DNA from: Amoeboaphelidium protococcarum X5
Lineage: Eukaryota; Fungi; Aphelidiomycota
Assembly: GCA_023515725.1 (NCBI GenBank)
Contig: JALDTO010000179.1
Location: 198,039-262,038, forward strand
Reading direction: 5' to 3'
Length of the DNA stretch: 64,000 bases
This document shows positions 38,153 through 51,773 of the stretch, in pieces. Both the position numbers and the translations under genes were made by a program. How positions within the stretch are numbered: position 1 is the first letter of the stretch; each line of letters opens with the position of its first letter. Under the pieces are notes generated by a model. The model was not told where the DNA came from. It worked only from the letters and a program-made list of their open reading frames with translations, and did not search any database.

Positions 38153-41100
38153 ATGGCTAAGGATTATATTGTGAAGGGTGCTTAGTTTAATGATTGCTTT
38201 ATTAGAGTGCCATAGAGTCTTGGGGGTGATGCTGGTATGTATTACAGAGTGACTGGTGGTAGTGATTCTGATTAGTCCATGTACGTGTCATGGAATGGCC
38301 AGTACAGTACTGTGTAAGACGAAGATTCTGGTGCCACGTTTTAGCTTGACTCTTAGTTTATGTAATTGAATGGACTTTATGATTCTTTAGATAATGATTT
38401 ATCTTTGGGACATGGTGATGGTGTTCGCAGTATCGATGATCTGCTAAGTTCTTTCATGCGTCATGTACAACTGAATAAACAGTCTAGAAAGTCGCAGAGT
38501 ATACGCGTTGAGCCTGCTGATATCAACAAGTATTGCAAGTCTGTCACAGTCAGTGTTGAATCTTTAGCTGATTACAAGGTGCTGAGTGAGTTCAGTGAAC
38601 ATTTGGAGGATTCTATTAGACAGCAGGTGCGCGTTGTACAGCGTGGAATGGCAATTCCTGTATGGATCAATTAATCCATGTGTGTTAATGTAGAAGTTGT
38701 TGATATTTGTGGATCCGATCTTGATGCTGTATAGGATGATGATAGTACTTTGTCACCATTAATTTTGGGTGAAGACTGCGAGATTGAGATTGAATATCCA
38801 TAGTTAGAGCATCAAGATTATAAGTCTGATGACTCTGAGTAGCTGATATTGATGAATTTGCGCGTATAGAATGGCTCTGGTGATAAGATCTTAGTGGGCC
38901 GCAAGGATCTTGATGAAGTACTTGTACATTTGTCTGTTCAAGCCAAGTATTCTCTGCGCAAGAATTTCGCAACTTTTGCCGATTACGTCTAATATGATAA
39001 AAGCGTTAGTGAAGACTGCATCTATCTACCAGGTAATGTTTTGGCGCACATGAATGCATAGATTGGACAGATTTTACGCGTGTAAGCTCGTTATCATCTC
39101 TCCAGTGCCTTGAAATTGGTCGGTGTCTCTCTTGAATCTGAACAGTATAGTATCTTATCTCAGTAGAATATTATCAATTTATTCAGGCAGCACGTCAAGA
39201 GTATGAAAGTACTCAATGATGGTGTAAAGTTAAGATTATCTGATGAGATTGAAGTGACGGCATCTCTCGAGATTATTAACGCTAGCGATCCTGATAGTTT
39301 TGATTTAAATACAACTGTATTGGTGGAATCTGGCGTTATTGACTAGATTCCAATTACATTGCGTCCTGCTATACTGGATTTGGATGGTACGATGGCTAAG
39401 AACTAAAGGACTCTGTCCAAGTAGGAGTATTGTGTCACTTCTAACATTTAGACTCTGGCTGATAAAGTAAGAGCTTGGCCTTCTGTGTGTGACAGATTGT
39501 CGTCAGCATTTACGGTTTTGATTGAAGGACAAAGTGGAAGTGGGAAAAGTGCTGCTTTGGATCATATTAGGACTCTATCTCAGGACAACGGGGTCTTTTC
39601 TATGAAAATCCAAGCGGATTCTCTGGTTAGTGATAAACTGGATGATGTCAAGTAATCCATTGATGATTTAATCCGAGTATCTCTATGCAATGCTCCATCG
39701 ATATTACTATTGGATGATTTGGATCTATTGATTAGTAATGATATTATGGGCACTCAGCTGTCGGAATGCATGATTAAATGCCTGCAGTATAATCGTGTGA
39801 TGATCGTTGCCACCGTGTCTAGTAAGAGCAGTATGTGCTCCCATTTAACTGAATCAAACTTTTTCAAGCACAATGTTCTCCTCACTGCTCCAAATGACGA
39901 TGAAAAAGTTCTTATTCTATAAAGTCAACTCAAGGCTCTGATTGAACACTTACGTAGCGATATTGACTATCGCAGCTTGGTGGATAAGATGCACGGTTTC
40001 CTACCGTCCCATATCAAATCAGTCGCTGTTCTTTGTCGTAATAGATCTACTTCATCAGAATCTGGTTTGACATTGTCCAAGATAAGATAGGCTATAGAGC
40101 AGGTACGTTCTCAGTCTGGCTTGTCATTGGAAAAGAAATCATCAGTGTCATTTGATCAGGTTGGTGGAATGTTCCAGGTGAAAAAGTAACTGGAAGAAGT
40201 AATCGTGTGGCCAGTGAGATATGGTAAAATATATCAGCAAATTCCTATCAAACTTAGTAATGGTATCCTCTTGTATGGTTATACTGGTTGTGGAAAGACT
40301 CTTATTGCATCGTCATTGGAGTCTTTGCCTGGATTAAATTTCATCTCATTGAATGGGCCAGAGATTATGAACAAGTACGTTGGATAGAGTGAGTCGATGC
40401 TGAGGGATATATTCAGTCAAGCGAGAGCGTGTGCACCATCTATTCTGTTTATAGATGAGTTTGAATCCATTGCTGGCGTGAGAGGACATGATAATTCTGG
40501 AATATCTGATCGTATTGTAAATCAACTGCTCACTCTTCTGGATGGTGCTGATGAATTACGCGGTGTGTATGTCGTTTGTGCCACTTCACGCCCCGATTTG
40601 ATCGATCAGGCATTGTTGAGACCTGGGCGATTAGAAAAATAAATTCTGTGTGATGTGCCGTCATAAGATGAGCTTCTGGATATCTTGTACAAAATGCTCG
40701 AGCTCAATGATAACCAGGTTTAATTACATCGCAGTGTTTAGCTGAAGGATTACCTTCACTTGATGCAACGCTGGACTGGAGCTGACTGTAAAGCTTTAAT
40801 GACTAATTTGTTCTTGATGTATGAAAAGTTTTAGTCCTCTAGCATTAAGAATTGTAAGGATGATCTGGATACTAAGCTTAAAATGACTGGAGTAGGTTCA
40901 GAGTCTCGTCTAACGCGTGTAAAGCGTAAGTTTGGAGGTCTTGCTGGAGGTTAAAACAATCAATTGAATTAGAATACATCATAATCCCCTGCAGATTCTC
41001 CAGCAGACGAAGATTTCGTGGTGACTGCTGAGATGCTATTAGATGCAATTGCTGATGTTTAGCCATCCCTGAACGAGGACGAGTATGAGAGGCTCTCTGA

Positions 41101-41176
41101 GATTTACACACAGTTCAAAAGCGGCAAGAATCGGGATACCATGAACACGGATTAAAAGTTGACATTTGCTCAATGA
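38153..41176 (+). CDS. PEX1: Peroxisomal AAA ATPase PEX1
   Basis: Two AAA modules (GQSGSGKS; [47 protein letters not shown]) and C-terminal QKLTFA. Confidence 0.92.
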
Positions 41177-42061
41177 TCAATGAAATTCTATATAATTTAA
41201 AGAATGATTTTTTATTGTCTGATATTTTTATAAAATGAAAGTTGAGTACTTATGATACCGTATGTAAATCAGGACAGATGGTGAGAGCTCGAATGAATCG
41301 TGCTGTAGTATAGTACTTAAGTCGGTCGCTTATTAACTTTATCGAAACAGAAATGCTACTATAATCTCATATGTAAATGATATAATTGTATTCATCATCA
41401 ATTGTACCATTGCCCAGTAAGTTTTGGTAACATTTGATAGGAGATTAAGTGAGCGTGCTGATATCAATGCGACTGCGGTATGAGACGTTACCATAACAAC
41501 ACGCGCGTGCTCGACTGGAACGCCTCATTTCAATAAATAGAACAACCGTTTATAATTAATTATGCTGATTGTTTGGTTGGTTCTCTTCAACTTGTTATCT
41601 CTCTTATCTTTACCATTTCTGATCAGTCTCGCTGTGGCTGATATGCTTTGAAGTTTCAATCTCTTGGTCTGTCGTTGTGTCTTTGGTAAAATTCTTTTGC
41701 TGTTGGTGCGCTGTGTAAGAGTTGCATGGTGGTATCAAGTATACGACGAAATATATGCTCAAGGTGCAAACTTTACTCCATATTTACTCTCTTAACCTCT
41801 GGGCTCTACACATTTATGTTCAAAATGTCTATTGCTGGAGATTTGCGCTCGGTTTTTACGTCTACTAATTTTGGAGAGAAGCTGCACTGGCATGAGTTTG
41901 CTATTCTGTGTCTGCTTGTTGGCCCTTCAATAGGGCACCACCGCCACCTCCTCTTATTACCATATCAACTGCTGGATTAGGAACTTTTTAAGCCGGATGA
42001 GAGTTTTGCGCGGTCCAAGTAGCTTTGCATTTGAATCTCCCTCCCGAGTCGGAGGTCTACA

Positions 42062-43490
42062 TATTTTGTTGGGCGGTTTAAAGCTCTAATATTGGACGAA
42101 GTCTACGCCTCTGTCTAGTGGTCTGGCTTTCGTGGCTGCATGCAAAATCTGGGACTGTTCCGTGTCTGCAAAGTTCCGCTTCTAACAATGTCTGCTAATG
42201 TTCCCCTGCAAATGGTTCCTCAGTTGAATGCTCTGTTCAAAGTCCAGTTTAACGTGGTGAGGGTGTAGAACACACGCCCAAACCACAGATACAGAGTCTT
42301 CCGCACCGAGAGAGGCCAAATGAAACCTCTGGTCATATAGTAGGTTGTAGATGCACTGAGATAGAATCAAAAGTCTCTGGTATTCTGTCCGACAGTTTTG
42401 TAGGTGGAGTCGATGGCGAGAGAAATTGTACTGGCTGCCTACCGACAAGATGTTCTGGGTGCTGGCCGTGTCCAGCGATACTTCTCAGCTCTGGGGAAGG
42501 ACATGAAAAGGCAGATTGTGCGTAAATTCAAGGCTGGAGAGCTTTTGGTGGTCGTCTCAACTAGCGCTTTTGGCGTGGGAGTTGACATTCCTGACATCCG
42601 CTATGTCATTCACGCTGGGCCGAGCTACACCTTTCTGGACTATATCCAAGAGGCGGAACGCGGTGGTCGCGATGGAGATCCTACTCTCTGCATGCTTTAC
42701 GACAATGACCTTAGGTCCCACTAGAAGGAGCCTGCCAAGCTGGAAAGTCTGGTCCAGTACTGCGAGAACAACACCTTCTGCCGACGATAGCTGATCAGTC
42801 TAGAATGCAATGATGAGACTGGTGAAACCTGTTTGGAGCAGGGAGTAGAACCGTGCGATGTCTGCCTGGCTGGTCCTCCTTAACAGTTAGAAGAGAGAGT
42901 TGGTGTTGTTCCTGGCATAGTAGAGCTGGATCCTGATGCCTACCTTGCTGCTGTCTAGTCAAGGTAGGAGATCGTCAGGATCTCTGGGAGCTGGAAGATG
43001 GCAGCTTTTCTGATGCAAGGGAAGTGCCTCATCTGCCTGCACGAAAATTAAGAGAATGATACGCATATGGATTATGCGTGTCCATATCTATCTGGTAAAT
43101 GCCTCTTCTGTCTTGGCCAACACTTTGTGGCTGAATGTCCCAACAAGCCTGAAATCCGCAGAAGAGATGGCTACCTCTGCTCCAAGTGCTACGTTCCGCT
43201 GCGAGTTGGTAGCACGGCCACTCATGACAGAGAAGGCATAGAAGGTGGATGCTAATTCTTTGGTAGTCGAGTCCAGTAGTTGATGCTCCACATGCAAGTG
43301 GTTCCTGTTGAGCGCGTGGATGAAATCTTCAAAGTTGTAGACAGTTTGCCATTCTTCTACCGTTGGTATGTCGTGGAATTAATTGGTGATATTGACGAAG
43401 AGGATAGAATGTTTGATATACTCCCGTCAATTTAAGTCGACCTTACTGTGGTCCCTGAGAATATTGTAGCTAACAGGCTTCTTCTCTAAG
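42062..43490 (+). pseudogene. 5'-truncated RecQ-type (telomere-linked or transposon-associated) helicase with Cys-rich C-terminus
   Basis: ILDEVY..W..FR, TRPNHRYRV, STSAFGVGVDIPDIRYVIH, QEAERGGRDG, CRR..CDVC and further CxxC knuckles. No Walker A, in-frame TGA at 42032, 3' end unclear. Confidence 0.75.
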
Positions 43491-43711
43491 CTCCAATGAT
43501 TTGCCATTTTAAATATATGTTGTTAATCTGTAGTATACTCTTTACTACTTTTGTATTGATGGTTTTCCTTGTTATATATCGATACGGTGCTTTCAACTTT
43601 GCTTATCACAAACTACGGTATGAAGATCTCAAGATTGGACGTTATTATCAACTTACAGAGTCAATGTAAAAGGAAAATAATCTCGTTGAAAGAGTATTTC
43701 TTAAAGTAAGA

Positions 43712-45295
43712 TCACTAAAGCGGCGAATTGCGCGCAAGTTCAAGTGCAACGTGAGCCTTCTAAGCCTTTTGCAGTAATTCATATTCAGCTCTCTTCTCCA
43801 GCATGAGCACAAAATCCTGAGCAACCTCAAATGACCATCCTTCCAACTAATACAAGCACTTTAATGCATCAACAGTCTTTCCCTAATGAATATATCTATT
43901 AGCCATAGCCAATAACGAAGAAGTGTCCCGGTTCTACTGCTTAACCAATTCTTCCGTAGGATAGAAATCTTTGCTGAATGTCAGGTAAGACAGCAAATAC
44001 GAGACGAATAGAGATAACAATCCACCGTCACTCTTGGCAAACTGATACTTTTCAACTTCCTTCTTGACATGCGCAAACTCACCTTGAAGCACTGTCAAAT
44101 CTGGGATTTACTTTTCTTTCAGCTTGGCATCTTTTACCAGCTACTAAATAAACTGGTCTTTCTACTCAGTCTTACTATTACTCACGTACACTATGGACAT
44201 ATCATTCCCTGCATAAGATGCTTTGATCATCTACAGCAAATTCTTTACAGAGACAAAATCTTCACTATTCGCAGAGGCCACCTTCTCCAGTTGACTCAGC
44301 TTCGTCTGCAACTCTTCCAACTTGGCCAGACGACCATCCCTCTCCACTTCAACCATCTGCCGTACTCTTCTATCAAACTACTTCTTAACCATCGATAAAC
44401 GCGTTTTCATCTACTCCTGGTACTCCTTCTCCAACTCCACCCGCAAATCTTACAATCTCAGTCGAATAACTTCCTGGTAGAATTCATCAGCTGCAAGTCT
44501 CTGACTTTCAATCACATTCTTCATCCTCAGCAGATCTTCATTCAACTGCTCTACTTGCTTCTCTAATTAACTGACAGCTACCTAATCCTTCAACTTTTCC
44601 ACACCTTTCTTGGCCTACTCCAGTTGTTGCAGTGACAAATCCTTCATCTTTTACAAATGACTTTACAGATACTCGACAACATGACGATTCTTCACTTCTG
44701 CCGATATCACACTCAACACTTTCATAAAGTCATCAACAGACTTGATATCTACAGATTGCAATTACTTGGCTTATTTGTCCACAGGTGTCGATTTATCCAC
44801 CATTTTCATATTCACATATTGCGATTACTAAGCTTTAGTATCAATTTTAGACTTTGAAGAGGCTTGGTTAATGTCGACAACGTCACTAGCAGATCCAGTC
44901 AACTTGCCAACTTGCGCCTGCACCTGGTCCACCAAGCCTTTAATCTAATCTGATGGATTCCATTCATTCAACTTGACGCGAAAATTCTCCCACTGTGCCA
45001 TAAAGCTATTTTCATCATCAGACTTTGGAATTACACGTCCCACCTGAGAGGTGTGTGACTCAGTAGACCAATAACTATCCATGTCAATATTAGATGCACT
45101 TTCTAAGCCTGCTGCATGTAAAAACAAATCCTTGGACTTGGCATAATACTTGTGAGACACCTGCAAGTACGGAACCAACTATGGACTGATGTACGAGCGA
45201 GTCTAAGGGAACTCTGCAGTGACTACTACAACACCAGTTGCACCCACAGTAGTAAAACCAACTGTATACTTGACCAATCTCCTCAGAAACGGCAT
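43712..45295 (-). CDS. MIC60: MICOS subunit Mic60 (mitofilin)
   Basis: Presequence plus TM segment, long coiled coil, and mitofilin domain GGLLSLFVSYLLSYLTF..QLEGWSFEVAQD. Confidence 0.85.
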
Positions 45296-45561
45296 TCTAA
45301 TCAGAACTTGAAATTAACTTCTCTCCGTCACCAGCAGTGTGATGTACGACAAGGAGAAAGAATAGAAATGACAAGTCGCGGGTGAAAGAGTAAGGAAGAG
45401 AAAGAGTGAAGTAACGAATGAACGTCTCAAACGCGTCCATGATGGCTTTGCTTATAAGCGCACGCACTTTGGCTAGTTAAACGCGCTGTAATGAGAAGGA
45501 ATGAGAGTTCCCTTCTGCCTGAGAGTTTCTGTCTGAAGTAGAGAATAGACTTTAATATAAA

Positions 45562-46650
45562 ATGGCTGATAAAGATTTAGATAATAAAATAGTTTTGTAG
45601 AGTGCAGTTAATTTGGTGCGATTATTAAATAGATGTGAATGGATGGTATCTCAGATGGTGTAGAAGGCTAGTGGTGGTAAGAGCAGTAAAGATGGTAGAA
45701 TATAGTTGCAGTTGACAGTCCCCATTACGGGAGATGTGTGCTCAATCACTGTATAAAAATTGAAAGCATATCTTTCATAATGCTAGAAATATTGCGAGTA
45801 TCTATAACAACAGAGTATAGCTGAAAAGTATCAACATTAGGTGAATCAGGACAGACTAGCGTAATATAGGCGAAATTGTAAACGACTGTTGGACATTGTT
45901 CTCGATCTAGAGATTGCAGAGAGATAGTAATAATAGTAGCAATAGTAATAAGCATAGTTGGTTTAAGACTAATAATCAACTAGTTTATAGATTTTCTAGT
46001 TTTGTCAAGTTGAAGCACCTCTATTCGCAGATAGAATTAATGCTACCAAGAGCGATAATAAAGAGCAAGCATCGCGTGATAGTCATAATGATGGTGCTAG
46101 TGAAAGTGTATAGAAGCAATCCAACTCTAATCCTCAATTTGTGAAAAGTCCCAGCTTTACAATGAAGCGATTGAATGTTGGCCATTTACGCGAACGTGAT
46201 GAATTACTCCAATCAGGTGGTGGTAGTTAGAACAGCGGTCATAATCTCATCAAAATGTCTGAAGGTGAATATAATCGCAAGATTGCCGAGGAGTTGACCG
46301 AGTAATTGCTTGCAGGATCTAGCATTATGAAGAGAAATGCTTACAGATAGTAAGAGATGATAAATGCAGATATTGCCCTGGTGGATTCCAGCATCCTCAT
46401 GTCGATGGACACCTAGTAGAACCGATTAAAAAACGCGAGAACGCGCATCGAAGCATTGAGGTAATCTATGAGAAATTGCTGTTCCCTCAGCTCAATGTGG
46501 GGCCAGCTGTTTGTCATTCTGCTATCAGTAATTGTATTCATATGGACTTGGATGTTTATCCGATTTGGACCTGACTTTAGATACTCTATCGCGCGTTAGA
46601 ATCCTGCAGTGGGTATCAATAATGCTTCATCTATAGTGAAAGAATTGTGA
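45562..46650 (+). CDS. USE1: ER SNARE Use1
   Basis: VNLVRLLNRCE near the N-terminus, SNARE coil and C-terminal TM segment. Poly-Q tract encoded by TAA/TAG. Confidence 0.8.
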
Positions 46651-47046
46651 ATACCTCTTGTAAAAGTTGACATTAAATTCTAGCGTGATTATTTCTTTAT
46701 TTTTGAGGTCTTCCTCTCTCCTTTAAGGTTTGTGACGATTTTCGGAGAATATACAGTGCGTGAGTGACGGGAGTGATGAAAACGCATAGCCAACCTGTGA
46801 GAGCCCCTGCCAAGCGAAAAACGAATTGACGCACGCTCGGAAATTAAATTTGATCAGCTGCAAAGAACAACGACAAACGCCCAGCCAGCCAAGAAGAGAT
46901 CAGCGAGAAACGAAGGCAACCAAAGTTTGATCAGTAATATTTCTATTCCTCATCTACCTTCAGTTTAATAATAACTGTTGATTATATTATTGCTTCTCTT
47001 ATCCTTTCAATATATCGTTTAAGATCATTTTTTTTGGATTGAAGAG

Positions 47047-50011
47047 ATGAATAATAGACGTTAGTACCTCAACTAGTAAGAATTTCCCTTCTACATATTG
47101 ACTTATCCGAGTGACTCTTTCCTCTAAGTTTTGTGTGTGTAGAAGTAATGAGAATCTTGTTGGTTCATCTAATGGATCTCCTCCGCCATCTAGGCGATAA
47201 TACTATTAGTAGTAGTTACTCAATGGCAGTGGCAATAGTAGTCAAGAGTCGATCCCGATGAGTTAGCGCTAGTATAGTGACGAGAGATTATACAGGAGTA
47301 ATTAGTCAAGTAGTGATTAGCTGCCAGCGCCGCCCCCTGCGATTATGGCTTATTAGCAGCCAGGCAGAGACCGTTCCAACAGTAATCGATCCCGCCCGTC
47401 TGATTTGGATGATCATGGTCGTCGTAGCCCAGGTGTTGCTAGGCCTCGTAGATAGGATCACACTGCAATGTAGGTGGATGAATATGGTTTCTAGTAATAG
47501 TAATAAGTGCCGTAGAATGTTAGTAGGAAGCCACTTACTTACTAGCATATGAATAGCGACTATGGCAACAATGGGTACATGTCTGATCAGAGTAGTGATG
47601 TTAGATCTAGAGATTAATCCACCAACTCTGTAATTGTTCGTAAGAAAACTGTGCGGAAGATTGAGCTGTTCAGAGGAAATCTGGTGTTGAATTGTCCGAT
47701 TCCAGATGCTTTACTCAATTTCATTAATGTAAAGTAGGAAGAGGAGTTTAACGTGATGCGTTACTCAGCGGTGACTTGTAACATACCGGACTCGTTTATG
47801 GCGCAGAACTATACTCTTCGTCCGCATCTGTATGGTCGTGAGACTGTAATGTTTGTATGTTTGACGCTGTACAATGAAGGGCCAGAGTTGGTCAGTAGAT
47901 CAATCAGTTCACTGATTAAGAATATCTAGTATCTGTGCGCTCGTGATAGAAGCCGCACGTGGGGACCAGAAGGATGGAAGAAAGTGGTGCTGTGTATTGT
48001 AGCTGATGGGCGTAATAAGATACACAAGGAGACTTTGAAGCTGCTTGGTCTTATGGGCCTTTATTAGGAGGGAATCATGAAGGATCACGTTATGGTACCT
48101 CAGAATTATCCGTCTATGCAGGACAAGTACAAGACTTCTTCTAGCCATCACTCCTCGCATGAGAATACAGGCAAAGTCTCGGCTCACGTGTTCGAGTATA
48201 CTTGCCAGGTGACTGTCGATGAACTGGGTCGTGTGAAGAAGAGTGGTGTGCCTGTGTAGATGATGTTCGTCCTGAAGGAGGAGAATAAGAAGAAGCTGAA
48301 TAGTCATCGCTGGTTTTTTAATGCATTCTGCCCCATTTTTAATCCAGAGGTTTGTGTCCTGATTGATGCTGGAACTAAGCCATCCACTAGTTCATTGTAT
48401 CATTTGTGGAAATCATTTGAGACTGATCCTAATCTGGGTGGTGCTTGTGGTGAAATTAAGGCGGAGTTGGGTAAGGGATGTGTGAAAGTGTTCAATCCTT
48501 TGGTAGGTGCGTAAAACTTTGAGTATAAAATGAGCAATATTTTGGATAAGCCGTTGGAATCTGTGTTTGGTTACATCTCGGTGCTGCCTGGAGCATTTAG
48601 TGCCTATCGTTACTCGGCTCTACTGAATGATATGCCTGGTCATGGACCGCTCGCATCTTACTTTGAAGGTGAAAAGCTGCATGATGGTTCGGCGAACATT
48701 TTCAAGGCTAACATGTACTTGGCCGAGGATCGTGTTTTATGCTTTGAGCTGGTGGCCAAGGCCAGGTGCGCTTGGAAGCTCAAGTATGTCAAGAGTGCTT
48801 CTGCCACCACTGATGTGCCTGAGGGTATTCCAGAGTTTATATCGCAACGTCGTAGATGGTTGAATGGGTCGCTGTTTGCAATGTTTTACTCTATTGGGCA
48901 TTGGTTCAAGATTTGGAATACGGGGCACTCTTTCGCGCAGAAATTGCTCTTTCAGTTGCAGATGCTTTATAATATCATTAATGTGATCTTCACTTGGTTT
49001 GGTATATCTCTTTTCTACCTCACATTCTTCTACTTGTCCTAGAATGTGATTAATGGTAATGATCCCTTCGTAATTAATGGTTAGAGATTCGGTGATTATG
49101 TATTTCAAATTGTGCGGTAGATTTATATTGCCACCATCATTATGATTGTGATTGCGTCCCTTGGTAATCGGCCGCAGGGTAGTCGTGGTATATATGCATT
49201 CACTATCGTTTTATTTGCGTTCATTATGGCGCTGATGATCTTTCTTCTCGGGTGGACTATTGGTAAGGCTATTGATTAGACTTTCCAGTAGATTACCGCG
49301 CAGAATCCTAATTTGAATGGCGCGCAGGCATTTAGTCAAGCTCTGGTCACTTCGGCAACGTTTAGAGACATATTTATTACTGTGGTTGCGAGCTATGGCT
49401 TGTATCTGATTATATCGCTCTTGCATGGTGATCCGTGGCACATGTTTACATCATTCATATAGTACACGTTCCTGTCGCCGACTTTCATTAATGTTCTGCC
49501 TATCTACGCGTTTTGTAACATTTCAGACGTGTCTTGGGGAACCAAGGGTGATAATAAGCCCGCCAAACTGGGTAGTGCCAACATGTCCAAGACTGGCGAT
49601 GATGGCAAAGGTGGCCAGTCGGTGGATGTTGAGTTGCCGTTTGAAAACATTGCTGATAAGGGAGCCCTCAATTCTGTCTATGACCAGTGGCTACGGCATT
49701 TTGAGTAGAAGGCCAGGATGGGCGATGTGCCTGAAGAAGAACCCAAGCGTGATGTTGCAACAAAGCTTGAGGATTGGTATAAGACGTTCAGGACCAGAAT
49801 TGTGCTGGCTTGGCTCTTTTCTAATGCGCTCTTAATTGCCGTGCTGACCAATGAACAGCTATCAGTTAAACTTGGTGGCACCAATGCTGATTCTAATCCA
49901 TTCCTGGCTGTCATGTTCTGGTCCTTTTTAGGCCTGACAGCGATACGTTTTATTGGAAGTTGCATCTATCTGATAAAGTATGCTCAGGAACGTGCTTGCA
50001 GATGCTGCTGA
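47047..50011 (+). CDS. CHS: Chitin synthase, division 1 (class I-III type); first exon tentative, alternative start 47258
   Basis: [64 protein letters not shown] and SWGTKG. Confidence 0.97.
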
Positions 50012-50145
50012 ATGGTTTTATTACCTAATCATCTGCGAAAATTTATAATAAAACTGATATTTCTTTTAAAATTAATTATTACTTATTATATCTCACTCTT
50101 TTCATTAGTATTCAAACCGCTAGTAATCCAGCGACTTAACTGTTA

Positions 50146-51413
50146 TCACTGCTGACCATACGGCTACTATTAGTATTGGGGCATCCCACCATCGATGGAC
50201 GCATAGTTAGTCGGCCTTCTACCAGCACCACCACTCTGAGGCATTGACGGCGGACTGACCATATTCATATTCCCATACATGGCTGGCGGTGGTGGTGGTG
50301 GACGCTGCGGATCATATCCATAAGGATAAGGAGGCGGGCGCATTTAATATCTCGGTCCTTATGGTGCAAACTAGGGAGGATAAGACTGCGGCGGAGGAAC
50401 CATATACGGATTGGGAGGCATTCCATAAGCATACGGATCATACATTTACGGAGCGGGTGGGCGCATACCATAAGGCTACTACTGATGGGACGACTACTAC
50501 TACTGATGATGATGGTCTCTACCACGACCGCCGCCACTAGAATATGGACGATAATGAGGACGTTCACGGCGCTTAGTTGCAATGCCACGATACTGGCCAG
50601 GAGTAGGAGATCTCGCACGATTACGACGAGCCTTCTACACAATAATCTTACTACCATTCAACTCATATCCATTCAAAGCTTCCAGAGCAGCCTCAGCCTG
50701 ACTAACAGTCTCCATCGCAATAAATCCAAAGCCGCGAGATTCTCTAGTATTGGGATCTTTCACAATCTTGCAATCTTGCACCTACATATTGAGATGATAT
50801 ATGAGTGATCATGTACACAGTTCAATATATATATATATATATATAATCTTACAATTCCGTAGCGAGAGAAAGCCTCTTCCATATCCTCCTCCTTCGTGTC
50901 CTTGCTCATATGAGTGACAAACAGATTATTACCAGGATTACTACACTCAATGTTTAGATTGTATATATATAACAGGCGACATCAAAACAACTATCTTACT
51001 TTTCATGTCTATCATCAGAGCGATGAGAACTACCACCACCATCACCACCACGGCCGTCATCTCTATCTCCAGCACTTTGATTGCCACCGTCTGATTCATC
51101 GCCACCAGTATTGTACTACTTCTTCAAAGGACTGCGCGATCTATTCTATTTCGCTGCCGCAGCCGGTGCATGCTCACTATCGCTGTCATCCCTGCGGTTG
51201 TTCTGAGGTGAGCGGGATCTGTCGCGGTCATCTCTGCTCTCTGCACGGTGTTAATTATAATACTGCTCAGACGTGGTCGCATTGTGTACGCATAGTCTGT
51301 ATACACAATTAGTTGCCGTCGTCGTCGCTGCACTATGGCTGTGAATTATAATTATTATTGTCTGTAGAGATGATGATGTAAATACCGTCGATATTACTGC
51401 CGTTGTCTGACAT
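50146..51413 (-). CDS. Tra2/SR45a-like RRM splicing regulator; introns 50782-50852 and 50941-50999, 5' exon structure tentative
   Basis: RSRSP repeats, NPGNNLFV (RNP2), ESRGFGFI (RNP1), RARSPTPGQY and a Pro/Tyr-rich tail. Confidence 0.8.
50825..50845. repeat. (AT)10 microsatellite inside an intron
   Basis: Directly visible. Confidence 0.9.
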
Positions 51414-51773
51414 ATTTTGTCCACTAATAGTACTGTCTGAGTGATTATCGCTCGTTCCGTGTGTTGTTTGCGCTGAAAGAAGGAAACGGACAACAATTGG
51501 GAATTGTTTGACTTGGCGCTTTCGAAATTATCTCTTCGTCTCTTCTTTTACTTACTCTGATGCAGAAGGGTGATTGTAAGTGGTTCATCCACTTGGCTTT
51601 GTCAATTAGGTATTTAACTTAATAGAGAAACATATTTTGGATCAATTAATAATGGATGTAGTAAACCATTTCTGTCTACTTCTAACTATCATTGCAAAGA
51701 TTCTCATGGGGGGCATTAGAATGTTTGAAGAAATGCATTGGCAACTATATAAAGGGTCTGCGTCTAGATCTGA

